Positions 26,217 to 37,000 of a DNA stretch of 64,000 nt are shown here, one piece after another. The notes under the pieces were generated by a model, which saw only the letters and a list, made by a program, of their open reading frames with translations, had not been told where the DNA came from and ran no database searches. The stretch lies in contig JAGGXZ010000182.1 of the NCBI GenBank assembly GCA_021162805.1, positions 17,009 to 81,008 on the forward strand. The letters run 5' to 3'. The stretch comes from Candidatus Poribacteria bacterium. Its GTDB lineage: Bacteria > Poribacteria > WGA-4E > B28-G17. The stretch's first letter is position 1; every line of letters begins with the position of its first letter. The position numbers were made by a program, and so were the translations under genes.

Positions 26217-27962
26217 ATGAAAGTCCTACTTTCCGGAAATGAGGCGATCGCCCGCGGCGCCTATGAGGCCGGAGTAACGGTCGCCGCCGGGTATCCGGGA
26301 ACACCCAGCACCGAAATCCTCGAAACCCTGGTCAAATACAAGGATTCAGGAATCTACTGCGAGTGGGCGCCGAACGAGAAGGTGGCGCTTGAGATGACCG
26401 CCGGAGCGGCGATGGCCGGTGCCAGAGCCATGGCCACGATGAAACACGTCGGCCTGAACGTAGCCGCCGATCCCCTTATGACCCTGGCATACACGGGGAT
26501 TAAAGGCGGTTTATTGGTCGTCGTGGCCGATGACCCCGGCATGTATTCATCACAAAACGAACAAGATTCCCGAAACTACGCCCGTTTCGCCAAGGTCCCT
26601 CTCTTGGAACCCTCGGATAGTCAGGAAGCCAAGGAGTTCGTCAAACTGGGATTGGAGATCTCGGAGAGATTTGATATACCCGTTATCCTCCGCAGTTCCA
26701 CCCGTATCTCCCACTCGAAGAGCGCTGTTACGTTGGGGAGACGAATTGAAAGGGATGTGGAGATCGCCTTCGAGAAGAACCCCCAGAAATACGTGACAGT
26801 ACCCATCTATGCTCGAAAAATGAGGCTCAAGCTGGACGAGAAGTTCAAAAGGCTCTCCCAGTTCGTCAACACCCTCGAGTGTAACAGGATTATCGAGAGG
26901 AGCGATAAGCTGGGCATAATCACCAGCGGCATCGCTTATCAATATGTGGCCGAGATATTCCCCGATGCATCGATACTCAAGCTCGGTATGAGCTTCCCCT
27001 TCCCCGATAAGCTCATCCTAGATTTCGCCTCCAGGGTTGAAAAAGTGCTTGTCGTCGAGGAGCTGGATGATTTCCTCGAGGAGCATGTCAAAGCTCTGGG
27101 GATAAAGGCGATAGGGAAAGAGCTAGTTCCGCGGATCGGCGAGTTAAATCCCGATATACTTGAATCGGTCAGAGCGAAGCTCGAAGGACGTAAGGTCGAA
27201 GTTCAAGGCGGATCGGAAAAGTTCGATCTTCCCCCCCGACCGCCGGTCATGTGTCCGGGATGTCCTCACAGGGGGGTTTTCTACGCCTTAAGGCGATTTA
27301 AGCCTGTGGTGGTGGGTGATATCGGTTGCTACAGCTTGGCTGTTTTCCCTCCGTTGGAGATGCTGGATACCATAATCTGTATGGGTGCAGGTATATCGGC
27401 GGCACACGGTATGGATAAAGCGGGAGCTAAAGGGAATATCGTCGGGGTGGTGGGCGATTCAACCTTCTTCCACTCGGGGATCACCGGCCTCCTGGATATC
27501 GCCTATAACAGGGGAAAATCCACGATAATCGTGCTTGATAACAGAACAACGGCCATGACCGGCCATCAGGTGCATCCCGGTACAGGTCAGACGCTCATGG
27601 GCGATAAAACCCGTGAGGTGTCGATCGAGGATATAGCCCGTGCGCTCGGCATAAGAAGAATCAGGACGATCGATCCGTATGACCTTAAGGAGACGGAAAG
27701 GATCTTGGGGGAGGAGATCAACTCGGACGAGGCATCCGTGGTGGTCTCGCGAAGGACGTGTGCCTTGCTTTGTCGCGATCAGTGGGAGAAGCCGTATCGG
27801 ATCGATCCGGAATTATGTCGGATGTGCCGCAGATGCCTTAACCTGGGATGTCCTGCGATAGAGCTGACGCCTGATGGTAACTCCATCAGGATAAACGAAC
27901 TCCTATGCATCGGCTGCGGTATGTGTGAACAGGTATGTCCCTTTAAGGCGATTATGAGGTAG
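26217..27962 (+). CDS. iorA: Indolepyruvate:ferredoxin oxidoreductase alpha subunit
   Basis: LSGNEAIARG, YPGTPSTE, NEKVA, MKHVGLNVAAD, RPPVMCPGCPH, GDIGCY, GDSTFFHSG, TAMTGHQ and C-terminal ferredoxin Cys motifs. Confidence 0.95.
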   Translation: MKVLLSGNEAIARGAYEAGVTVAAGYPGTPSTEILETLVKYKDSGIYCEWAPNEKVALEMTAGAAMAGARAMATMKHVGLNVAADPLMTLAYTGIKGGLLVVVADDPGMYSSQNEQDSRNYARFAKVPLLEPSDSQEAKEFVKLGLEISERFDIPVILRSSTRISHSKSAVTLGRRIERDVEIAFEKNPQKYVTVPIYARKMRLKLDEKFKRLSQFVNTLECNRIIERSDKLGIITSGIAYQYVAEIFPDASILKLGMSFPFPDKLILDFASRVEKVLVVEELDDFLEEHVKALGIKAIGKELVPRIGELNPDILESVRAKLEGRKVEVQGGSEKFDLPPRPPVMCPGCPHRGVFYALRRFKPVVVGDIGCYSLAVFPPLEMLDTIICMGAGISAAHGMDKAGAKGNIVGVVGDSTFFHSGITGLLDIAYNRGKSTIIVLDNRTTAMTGHQVHPGTGQTLMGDKTREVSIEDIARALGIRRIRTIDPYDLKETERILGEEINSDEASVVVSRRTCALLCRDQWEKPYRIDPELCRMCRRCLNLGCPAIELTPDGNSIRINELLCIGCGMCEQVCPFKAIMR

Positions 27963-28935
27963 TTCCGAATTCCCTTTTGTATCTGCAGATCACGGGATCG
28001 GGGAGATCGATCCTTCCGGCGAATATCATAGAGGAGGCCCTACAGCCGCCGAAGCATCCCTTTTCATATATCTGACACTCAGCACACCGCGATGGCAAGC
28101 TGAAGATCCTCTTACCGCGCCTGAAAATCGCCTCTACCGGCTCATACTTTATATTGCCGAGATAAAATTCCGGGTTATATCTGAAGTATCCACATGGCAC
28201 CACAGTCCCATCGCATAAAATGGAGAAATGCTCCTCTCCCGCCGTACAGGGGTCGCCGTTTAAAGCCTCGCCGACGTAGAAGATAAAGTCTGAGGAGTTT
28301 CCCTCCACCACGTCGCTGATAAATTTAAGAGCTTTGACCCATTCGTCGATGGACATGTTTAGGATCTCCTCATTGATCCTGCCTCTTCCCACAGGCATGA
28401 ATCTATCCACATAGATAGCCTTAACCCCAATCTTACGGGCGAAATCCACGTATCTTCCGAAATCCCTCCAGTTCACCTTGGCAACGACAAAGAGCAACGT
28501 CACGTTGAAACCTGCTTTCATGAGGTTTTCCACGCCTTTCACCGCTCTTGTGAAATTTCCCTCACCTCTGATTAAATCGTTGATCTGAGGACATGATCCG
28601 TCGAGCGATACCCCTATAAGCGTGTACGGGTTGGTATCCTTGAGCTTCAAGGCGATCTCCCTCGTGATGAGGGTCCCGTTGGTGTTGAGTATAACCCTCA
28701 GGCCTATCCGCCCGGCGAAATCGATCAGCTCGAACAGATGGGGATAGGTAAACGGCTCGCCGCCGATCATATCGAAATATCTAAGCCCGATTCCCTTAAG
28801 CTGAAGCATCAAGTCCTTAATCACTTCAGGATGAAGTTCCTTTCTCGGCTCATCACCTGATCTGGCGTAGCAATGTCGGCACCTCAGATTACAACCGTTG
28901 GTTATCTCGCACTCCACTATGTACGGCCTCGTCAT
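27952..28935 (-). CDS. Radical SAM/SPASM-domain protein
   Basis: CNLRCRHC, GGEP, TNGT and SLDG; C-terminal CTAG...PC...CAEC...CFGGC...C. Extended -10 TGGTATAAT upstream at 28977-28985 (minus strand). Confidence 0.9.
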   Translation of the reverse strand: MTRPYIVECEITNGCNLRCRHCYARSGDEPRKELHPEVIKDLMLQLKGIGLRYFDMIGGEPFTYPHLFELIDFAGRIGLRVILNTNGTLITREIALKLKDTNPYTLIGVSLDGSCPQINDLIRGEGNFTRAVKGVENLMKAGFNVTLLFVVAKVNWRDFGRYVDFARKIGVKAIYVDRFMPVGRGRINEEILNMSIDEWVKALKFISDVVEGNSSDFIFYVGEALNGDPCTAGEEHFSILCDGTVVPCGYFRYNPEFYLGNIKYEPVEAIFRRGKRIFSLPSRCAECQIYEKGCFGGCRASSMIFAGRIDLPDPVICRYKREFGTTS

Positions 28936-28991
28936 GGTCCTCAACCTATATCCCCGATGAGTTTCACGCCCTTTAAATTATACCATATCAT

Positions 28992-29022
28992 CCAAAATGG
29001 GAGGTCTTCGAGATCACCTTAC
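28992..29022 (+). pseudogene. Tiny relic of a DUF5060-family gene
   Basis: CCAAAATGGGAGGTCTTCGAGATCACCTTAC (PKWEVFEITL) matches 29731-29761 (PKWEVFEVTL), mostly with synonymous changes. Confidence 0.6.
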
Positions 29023-29124
29023 TACGCGCCTCGAGCCCTGTGACATCACCAAGGTGAAATGGAAAAAGCGGAGCGCGATGGTTCATCCTTCCAGCAGAGA
29101 CGCAAGGCTTTGTTCCAATAAGGG

Positions 29125-29188
29125 ATAGGAGCAGCCCCGTGCCCACCCAAAAATATGGGCATAGGACAATCACAGGGATTTTCCCTAC
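29125..29188. repeat. Degenerate GTAG-type REP doublet
   Basis: Minus-strand GTAGGGAAAATCCCTGTGATTGTCCT faces ATAGGAGCAGCCCCGTGCCCACCC; similar to 4231-4289. Confidence 0.5.
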
Positions 29189-29499
29189 TCTATCCGGGGC
29201 ATCGGCTCGTAGAGCGTGATATCTTCCATGGGATAATGATCCCTGTTGTAGGTGACGAGCACCAGGTTTAACACGTAAGCGGTTGCGGCAATTATAGCGT
29301 CCGCCTGTCCTAAAGTTAAACCCCGACGTCTGAACTCCCGCCAGTATTCCGCCGCCTTAAAAGCTATAGCTCCGTCCACGGGAATTTTATACAGCACGCT
29401 GAGGAATTGGCGGGTAACCTCCTCCTCTTCAGGACGTACCCCGATCCAGACTTCAAACACGGACAGCGTAGAGCAACCCAAAGGCTGTTCGACCTCCAT
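29185..29499 (-). pseudogene. N-terminally truncated PIN/VapC toxin; antitoxin absent
   Basis: S.LSVFEV..G, DAIIAATA, LVTYN.DHY PIN motifs. The frame closes at a TGA about 10 codons upstream, so the first catalytic Asp (LDT) is missing. Confidence 0.75.
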
Positions 29500-29553
29500 C
29501 TTCTCGAGGAGTTCCTCGGAGCTACCAGGTCATTCCCCTATCTGAGTTTGATC

Positions 29554-29582
29554 TTGAGCGGTTTAAAACCCCGTGCTATAAT
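29554..29582 (+). promoter_or_regulatory. Sigma70 promoter
   Basis: TTGAGC-17 nt-TATAAT with extended -10 TG. Confidence 0.6.
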
Positions 29583-29658
29583 CGTAACGGATCTGCCTGA
29601 TGGTTTGATTGAGAAGCGTTAGACTCTGGATGCTAAACGAAGAGTGAGGAGGATAAAG

Positions 29659-30887
29659 ATGATCAGTATTCCACCAGCGTTGCCGGTCTGGTTGACAGTG
29701 ATGGCACTGCTAACGGCATCCGAAACTGTACCCAAGTGGGAGGTCTTTGAGGTCACCTTACACGCCACGAGCTCTCCGGAGAATCCGTTTACGGATATCA
29801 CGTTGACGGCGACCGTCACCAAGCCGGATGGGGAGAAGGTGACGATCGATGGCTTCTATGACGGCGATGGAAAGGGCGGTCAGAGCGGGGATATCTGGAA
29901 GCTGCGCTTCTGCCACTTCTTCCGCTATGCCGACGGCGGATATGTATATCTGATGGGCAACTTCCTGGATGATACCGCCCCGCCTAAGGAGCGCTACAGC
30001 CACACGCTCCTGAGCGAGGAGATCACCGAGGATAACCGCCAGCATATGATCGATCGAGCGCGCAAGCTATATAAGGCCAATAAGATCAACATCTACATAG
30101 CGAACAAGGGCGACTACGGCGGCATCTCCACAACTCCTTGGCTCGGCACGGCGGAGAGAAACGATAAAACGCGGTTCGACCTCGCCCGCTGGAGGATGTA
30201 CGAACGGATTATCAGGCAGTTGAAGGAGGAGGGGATTATCGCCGAGCTGTGGTTTTTCGCCGATGACAGCGGCTTCGGAAAACTATCCAGGGCCGATCGT
30301 GAGCGGCTCATCCGATACGGCATGGCCCGCCTGAGTGCCTACCCGAACACGATGTTCGTGTTATGCCTTGAGTGGCAGGAGGGTTGGAGCAAGGAACAGG
30401 TCGCCTCGGATATCACCTTCGCGCAAAAACACAACCCCTGGCATCGGCTGTGGAGCGTCCACGGCGTCACGGGAAACTTCGCCTTTCCGAATCAGCCGTG
30501 GATCGACTTCATGGCGACGCAGCCCGGCAACGATGCCGAGCCGAAGACCGTCCCGCCGACGTGGATATCATACTGCCGTCGTACGATTTCATTCGTAAAC
30601 ACCTCGCGAGCGAGATCCCTCATATGCATCCGACCGATATAGTCCTGAACAATCCTGAAACCACGTGGTGTCTCGCCGACCCCAGCAGAAGCTATCTGGT
30701 TTATACGCTGAACGGCGGAGAGATCAAGCTTGACCTCTCCGATGCCCAGGGAAGCTTCCTCGCCCGCTGGTTCGATCCTCGAACGGGGAGGATCATACCG
30801 GCAGCGGCCATCACAGGTGGGAAGAGCATCCTCCTGAAAACTCCAGATGAGGAGGACTGGGTTCTGTGGATCAGGGCGAAACGTTGA
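29659..30887 (+). pseudogene. DUF5060/DUF4038-type putative glycoside hydrolase with C-terminal collagen-binding-like domain, disrupted
   Basis: PKWEVFEVTL..NPF, GFYDGDG..WKLRF, TIM-barrel core and C-terminal YLVY..GG.I.LDL....RWFDPRTG. Apparent deletion near 29913 (KLRFC|HFFRYADG) and a frame switch near 30550. Confidence 0.7.
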
Positions 30888-31050
30888 CTTACCCGGCAAG
30901 CAGATGAGGATCGTGGGGCTCGCTGACGAGGAAGGGTTGAAGGGATAGATGATGATGTGATACACTTATCTAGCAATTGGCGGGAAGTTTTTGAAGTCCG
31001 GTGAGCGCGGGGCTGGCAAGCGATCTCAGCTCTGAAGGAGGTTATTCCTG

Positions 31051-34000
31051 ATGGAGAGAGGAAACAGGAGGCGTGGGACAGGAAAGAGGAAACAGAAAAG
31101 ATATCTCGGTCTTCTGCCTCCTGACTCCAGTCTCCGGTCTATCTGTAGAGCGATAACGCTCGTGACGTTTCTCCTCATAACCGGCTTCACGGCTTTCGGG
31201 GATAGCCCCGACACCTACATACTGCCCCTGTCACCGCCCAACGTCATCGGCCATTCGGATGTGACGATCTGGTGGAGCGGTAGACCCTCCGATGAAGCCG
31301 GATTGATCGGATTTTATTACAGCCTGGACGGCTCTCCCTTCACCTTCACCGATTCAAACCACGTCACCCTTTGGAATCTGACCAAGGGAGAGCATCGTCT
31401 GCTCGTCAAATCGATAGACAGCACGTTGAGACAGGACGATCAGCCGGCCGAGCTGAGCTTCAGGATCTCGCCGGTGGTGCGAGGTGAGCCGGAGGTGAAC
31501 GATACGCCCGATCTGGCGGTGGATCTGCCTCTGGGGGTGGAGATGAGAGGAGTGAGCCTGCTCGGCGGGGGAGACGTGGACTGGTATAAGGTCGCATTCC
31601 CTCAGGACGCTACCGCAGCGACGGTGACCTTCCGGAGGGATGGCGGAAACTCCTCCACTGAGATCTCGCTCTACCTGAACACGCCCTCCGAGGGGAATAA
31701 GGCTGCCTCCTTCAGCGTGAACGTCTCGAACGGCGAACGCGGATCGGCGACCGTCGGCATCTCTCCCGATTCGACCCTTTTCATCAAGGTCGCCCCGTCG
31801 CCCGACGAGAAACATCCCCTCTATATCCTCTCAGCCGATTACATCCCGGCCTCTCCCCATGGGATATGGGAGGTTGAGGATAATTCATCGCCCGCTTCCG
31901 CCACTCGATTGAGCCTCGTGGAGGATCGGGTCACGGCCATCGGCATGAAAAACGGGGATCAGGATTCATCCGATTGGTATAAACTGCATTTCGACCTCAC
32001 CTCTCCAAAGCTACTCAGGCTGAATCTGTCGAGGCTTCAAGCCGCCGGTGAGACATCGGTTCAGATCTTCAAGGGAGCGATCATCTCCGACATCTCCCAG
32101 GTCTCCGCCCTCTCCGTCTCGCCGCTGAGCAATGGATGGGGTTCGATCTCGTTCCTGGTCTCGTTCGGCGACTATTACGTCAGGGTGTCCAACGATCAGG
32201 AGGGGGTGGGAAACACCTACCAGATCACCCTCACGCTTGGCGATCTCCCGCCCGGATCAGAGTATGAACTTGAGCCTAACACGGTCTCCCCCCAGGAAAA
32301 CCCCGATTACGTCACTCCGCTCGGCGTGGAGATGGGGATCTACGGATATAGCTGGGGCGATGGGGATGATGACTGGTTCAAATTCAACCTCGGCAGGAAG
32401 GGTCTGCTCTGTCTGACGCTTCAGAGACCTGAGGGGATCGGTCAGACGGAGCTCCAGCTTTTCAACTCCAATCTGATACCGATCTCCTCCTTTCAGATCT
32501 CCCCATCAACCTCTCAGCGTGGAAGCCTCCCCGTTCCCGACGCCGATCCAGGAACATACTACGTCAAGATCGTCCCGTCGGGTGAAAGGGAGACGACGAG
32601 ATATAGGCTGAACGCCCTCTTGATAGGCTCGATAGAGCATAACGCTCAGGAGCCGCTCGGTCTGGGGGATGAACTCAGGGTAGCCGTAAATTGGACCGCC
32701 GGCAGGGAGGTGTATCTCACGCTGGAGGGGGATTTCCAGGACGAGGAGGCGAGGAAGCGATTTGAGAGGATGCCTTTGAGCGAGGTCTCGCCCGGCCGGT
32801 ATGAGCTGTCATATGTGTTGAGGGAAGGCGATTCGGTTGAAAACGCCAGGATGCTCTTCACCTTCAAGACCCCTCAAGGGGATGAGGCGCTTTACGAATA
32901 TTCCGAGAGGATCACCCTCCAGGCGGGAAAGGCCATTATAGATGCCAAACACGATGCCGATCACATCCTCAAGTCGGGCGAGAGGTTGACCGTAACCCTA
33001 ACCTCCTCGATAACCGACGGCACCGCCTCCTTCGACATAGTTGGAGGGACGAAGGATCCTTCGCCCTTACTCAGAGGGGGGATACCGCTCTACGGAGACG
33101 GCAGGGGGAACTATTCCGGCTCATACGTCGTCCAGGAGGGCGATCTGGTGAGAGAAGGAATCGTAAGGGTTAAACTCGTCGATAGATTCGGCACGAAGTA
33201 TGAGTTTGAGATAAAGGAGCCGGTTAGCATCGATGCCGTCAAACCCTCTCCACCCTCAGAGTTGAGGGGCGAGGACGTGCCGGAGGATAACGGCTTCCAG
33301 ATACAGTTGAGCTGGAGCCTTTCGCCCGATCCGGACGTATCGGAATACAACGTATATATCTCGCCTATCCCCATCACATCGCTTCAGGCGCTTTCGCCGA
33401 TAGCTCGCGTTAAGGGGAGGTCATGCCAGGTGCAGGTCGAGCGGAACGGCGTGGGCTATTATTTCGCCGTCACGGCGGTTGACATGGCCGGAAACGAATC
33501 GGATCTAAGCGATGGGGCCATAACGGGACCGGTTCAGGCGTTGGATAACCTCCCGCCAGCGGCTAAATCGGCATCACACGACGTAACCGGCATAGTTTCA
33601 ACCCTGAACCCCGTCATAAACGTCAAGCTCCAATCCGAGCCCGGAATCACTCCCCTTCTGACGATCCCCGGTCTGGTTCGGGATCTTCCACTTGAGGAGA
33701 AGAAAGACGGGGTCTACACCATAAGCTATTCGGTCCCCAAAGGGGTGGAGCTGAGGGACGTCCTGCTCTCCCTTAAGCTCAAGGACAAAGCTGGAAACGA
33801 AAGCTCGATCGATGTTCCCCCACCCATCACGATCGATACGAAACCGCCTCAGATCAAATCGGTCAAACATGACGGAACGAGGCTGCTGGTGGAGGGGGAT
33901 GAACTGAAGATCACGCTTGAAGGCGAGGTGGGATGTCAGGGATGGTTCGATATCGAAGGGCTGGTGAAGGGGATCCCGCTCTATGACGACGGCGAACACG

Positions 34001-37000
34001 GGGATGGCGCCGGCGGAGACGGGGTCTACGTCGGGACGTATCGGGTGAAGACGGGAGATAAGGCGATGGAGGCAGCGGTGGTGGCTCATCTGAAGGATAA
34101 GGCGGGCAATGAGTCGAGCATGGAAGCAGTCAGAAAGGTGAATCTGGACACAACCCCTCCCTCCATATCAAAGGCGAAGGTCGAGGGTGAAAGCTTCAAG
34201 CTGGGGGATGTGGTGAAGGTTGAGCTTTGGGGCGAGGCGGGATGTCAGGGTAAATTCCGGATAGAGGGGCTGGGCGTTGAGGGGAAGCTGTACGATGACG
34301 GCGAACACGGGGACGGAGAGGCGAATGACGGCATGTATGTGGGAAGCTGGAAGGTCGGGAGAGGCATCGGGGGAGAAGATCTGTCGGTGATAGCTATCCT
34401 TGAGAAGTCCAACGGCAAGTCGGTTCAGATCGAGGCGGGCAGTGTCAAGGTGGACGGCGTTCCCCCGCCTGAGGTGGAAGGGGTGAAGGTCGAGGATGTC
34501 CCGGACGATGAGGGATACAGGGTCAGGGTCAGTTGGCAGGGAGTGAAAGTTGAGGACCTGAAGGGATATCTCGTCTACCTCAGCTCCGACAGCATAGGGG
34601 ATCTCTCGACGATGAGCCCTATTGCCGAGACGGAGAAGGAGAGCGTTCTGCTGGATGTGGAGGAGAACGGGCGGCAGTATCATTTCGCCGTGGTGGCCGA
34701 GGACGAGGCGGGCAATATCTCCGCCTTAGGCGCCGGCAGTGTCACTGTGGGAGACGCGCTGGATAATCTCGCTCCTCCGAAGCCCATCGATCTGAAAGCC
34801 GAGATGGTGGAGGGGGGAAGGATCTACATCGGATGGGAATACCCGAGCCTACCGGCCGACTGGGCTGCCTTCAAAGTTTATATATCACAGAATCCAAATC
34901 TCTCCGGAGGAGAACTCGTCCGGATCACCCATAACCAGGTCAGATCGGCCGATCTGCCGGCAGATAAGGATGGGGATTACTACATAGGGCTCAGCGCCGA
35001 GGATATCAGCGGGAACGAGTCGGAGATAATCCGGATCGGGCCGATCAGGGCGGGCGCAATCTCAGCCATGGATGAGAGGCTTATCTCCCTTCCAAAAGGG
35101 ATCATAAGGGGGGATGGCGTGCTCGTCTGGTGGAGAGGATGGAAGAATGGAGGGACGAAAGATTTCAGATATCGCCTGGATGGAGTTGAGGGGGAAGCTG
35201 AGGGACCATATCTTCTCATCCGATCGCTCACCCCAGGCGATCACGAACTGGAGATAGAGCTTAACGGAGAGGTTATATCCCGCGAGTTTCGAATCGAGCC
35301 GATGGAGCTGAAACTGGACGGGAAAAAGGAGACCATCCTCCCCAACGCCAAGCTCATCGGCCCCGGCACATGCAGCCTCGTCCTGATGAGAGACGCCACG
35401 CTCAATCTGGTCGGCGAAAACGGCGGCGTCGAGGTAAAGCTCTATCGAGACGATGACCTTCTTATGGAGGGCCAGGGGGCGATATCGCTTAAGGCGGGGA
35501 TATATAGGGTGGAGACGAAGGGAAGCGTGACCATCTATCAGAGTCCCCTCGCAGCAGATGCGGATATGGAACCCAACGATGAGGATGGCTTTCCCCTTCA
35601 TGGCGATTCGATCATCTCAGGCATGATCCAGAGAAAGGGCGATGTTGATCTCTACCGCCTCCGCGTTGAAGGAGGAGAGAGGCTGGCCGTGACCTTGATC
35701 TCCTGGGGCAACCTCCAGCTCGGTATCAGGGACGAGAGGGGAACTGAAGTGGAAACCGATGAGGACCAGGATGGGGGATATCGGTTCTATCTGAGCCATC
35801 CCCTGAGCGCGGGGGAGTACGTTATCGAGGTTAAGGGTGATGCCGGGGCGATCTATCAGATAGGCCTGATCATCCTGAAGGGCATAGGGGTCGATCGAAG
35901 GGCGATGATGAAAGCCGGGGATCTGCTGAGGGTGACCGTCGATTGGGCGACGGCCGGCGAGATATGGGGCGAGGTGAAGGGATTGATCGAGCCCGTGAGG
36001 CTCTCCGGAAGCGGAGGGTTGATGGGAATGGAATATAGGATAAAGGACGGCGATGATCTCTCAGACGGCAGGGTGAGGCTGGAATTCAACGTCTCAGGCG
36101 AGGTGATCCCCTTCGAGATCCCCGGCGTGAGGATAAACGTGGACACCGTCCCTCCCAGGATAACCCGGGCTCAGCATGACGCCGTCAAACCGCTTAAGGC
36201 CGGGGATAAGATCGGGATCGAGGTGGGCGGCGAAAGCGGATGCGAGGGGTGGTTCGAGATAACGGGAATCGCCGAGGAGATACCGCTTCAGGAGAAGGAG
36301 GCCGGAAGGTACGAGGGGGAATATCAGGTGAGGGAAGGGGATAACACGTCGGGCTCTGACGTGATATGCTATCTCCGAGACGGGGCCGGTAACGAGACCA
36401 AGGCGGTCGTGAAGGGCAGATCGGGCGAGTTCGACAAGGTCGTGATCGATACGCTCCCGCCCCGTATAGATGAGGTGAGCTATGAGGGAGAGGGGGTGCT
36501 AATTGAAGGACAGATCCTCAAGGTGATCGTGAAGGGTGAGGCGGGCTGTCAGGCTTGGTTCGATATCGGCGAACTCAGACATGATCTCCCGCTTGAGGAG
36601 AAAAGGGAGGGGGAATACGAGGGAAGCTATCAGGTGAAGATGGGCGATCAGGCCCTGGGCGTCAGGATAATCGCCCATCTGAAGGACGCCGCCGGAAACG
36701 AGAGCGTCGTCGAGTCGCGGGACGCCCTGGACATAGATACCATCCCGCCGCAGATAGAGTCGGTCGAGCACGATGCGACGAGGACCCTTAGGCTCGGCTC
36801 AGTTCTCACCGTGCGCGTTAAGGGGACGCCGGGCTGCGATGCCAGATTCTCGATAGAGGGGGTCGTCGAAGACCTTCCACTCGGTGAGACGGGAGATGGG
36901 AATTACATCGGAACCTATACGGTCAAGGAGGGCGATAGCGCCGATAGGGCGAAGGTGATCGTTCGCCTGGTCAAACCAAACGGGAAGTCCGCCTCAAAAT

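Noticed and set aside
27952..29180. RiPP cluster around the radical SAM/SPASM gene
   Set aside because: No credible precursor peptide, RRE/PqqD, protease or transporter is adjacent; flanks are iorA and pseudogene debris.
30372..30642. Programmed frameshift in the DUF5060 gene
   Set aside because: No slippery site, and sequence appears missing at the junction; a deletion is the simpler explanation.
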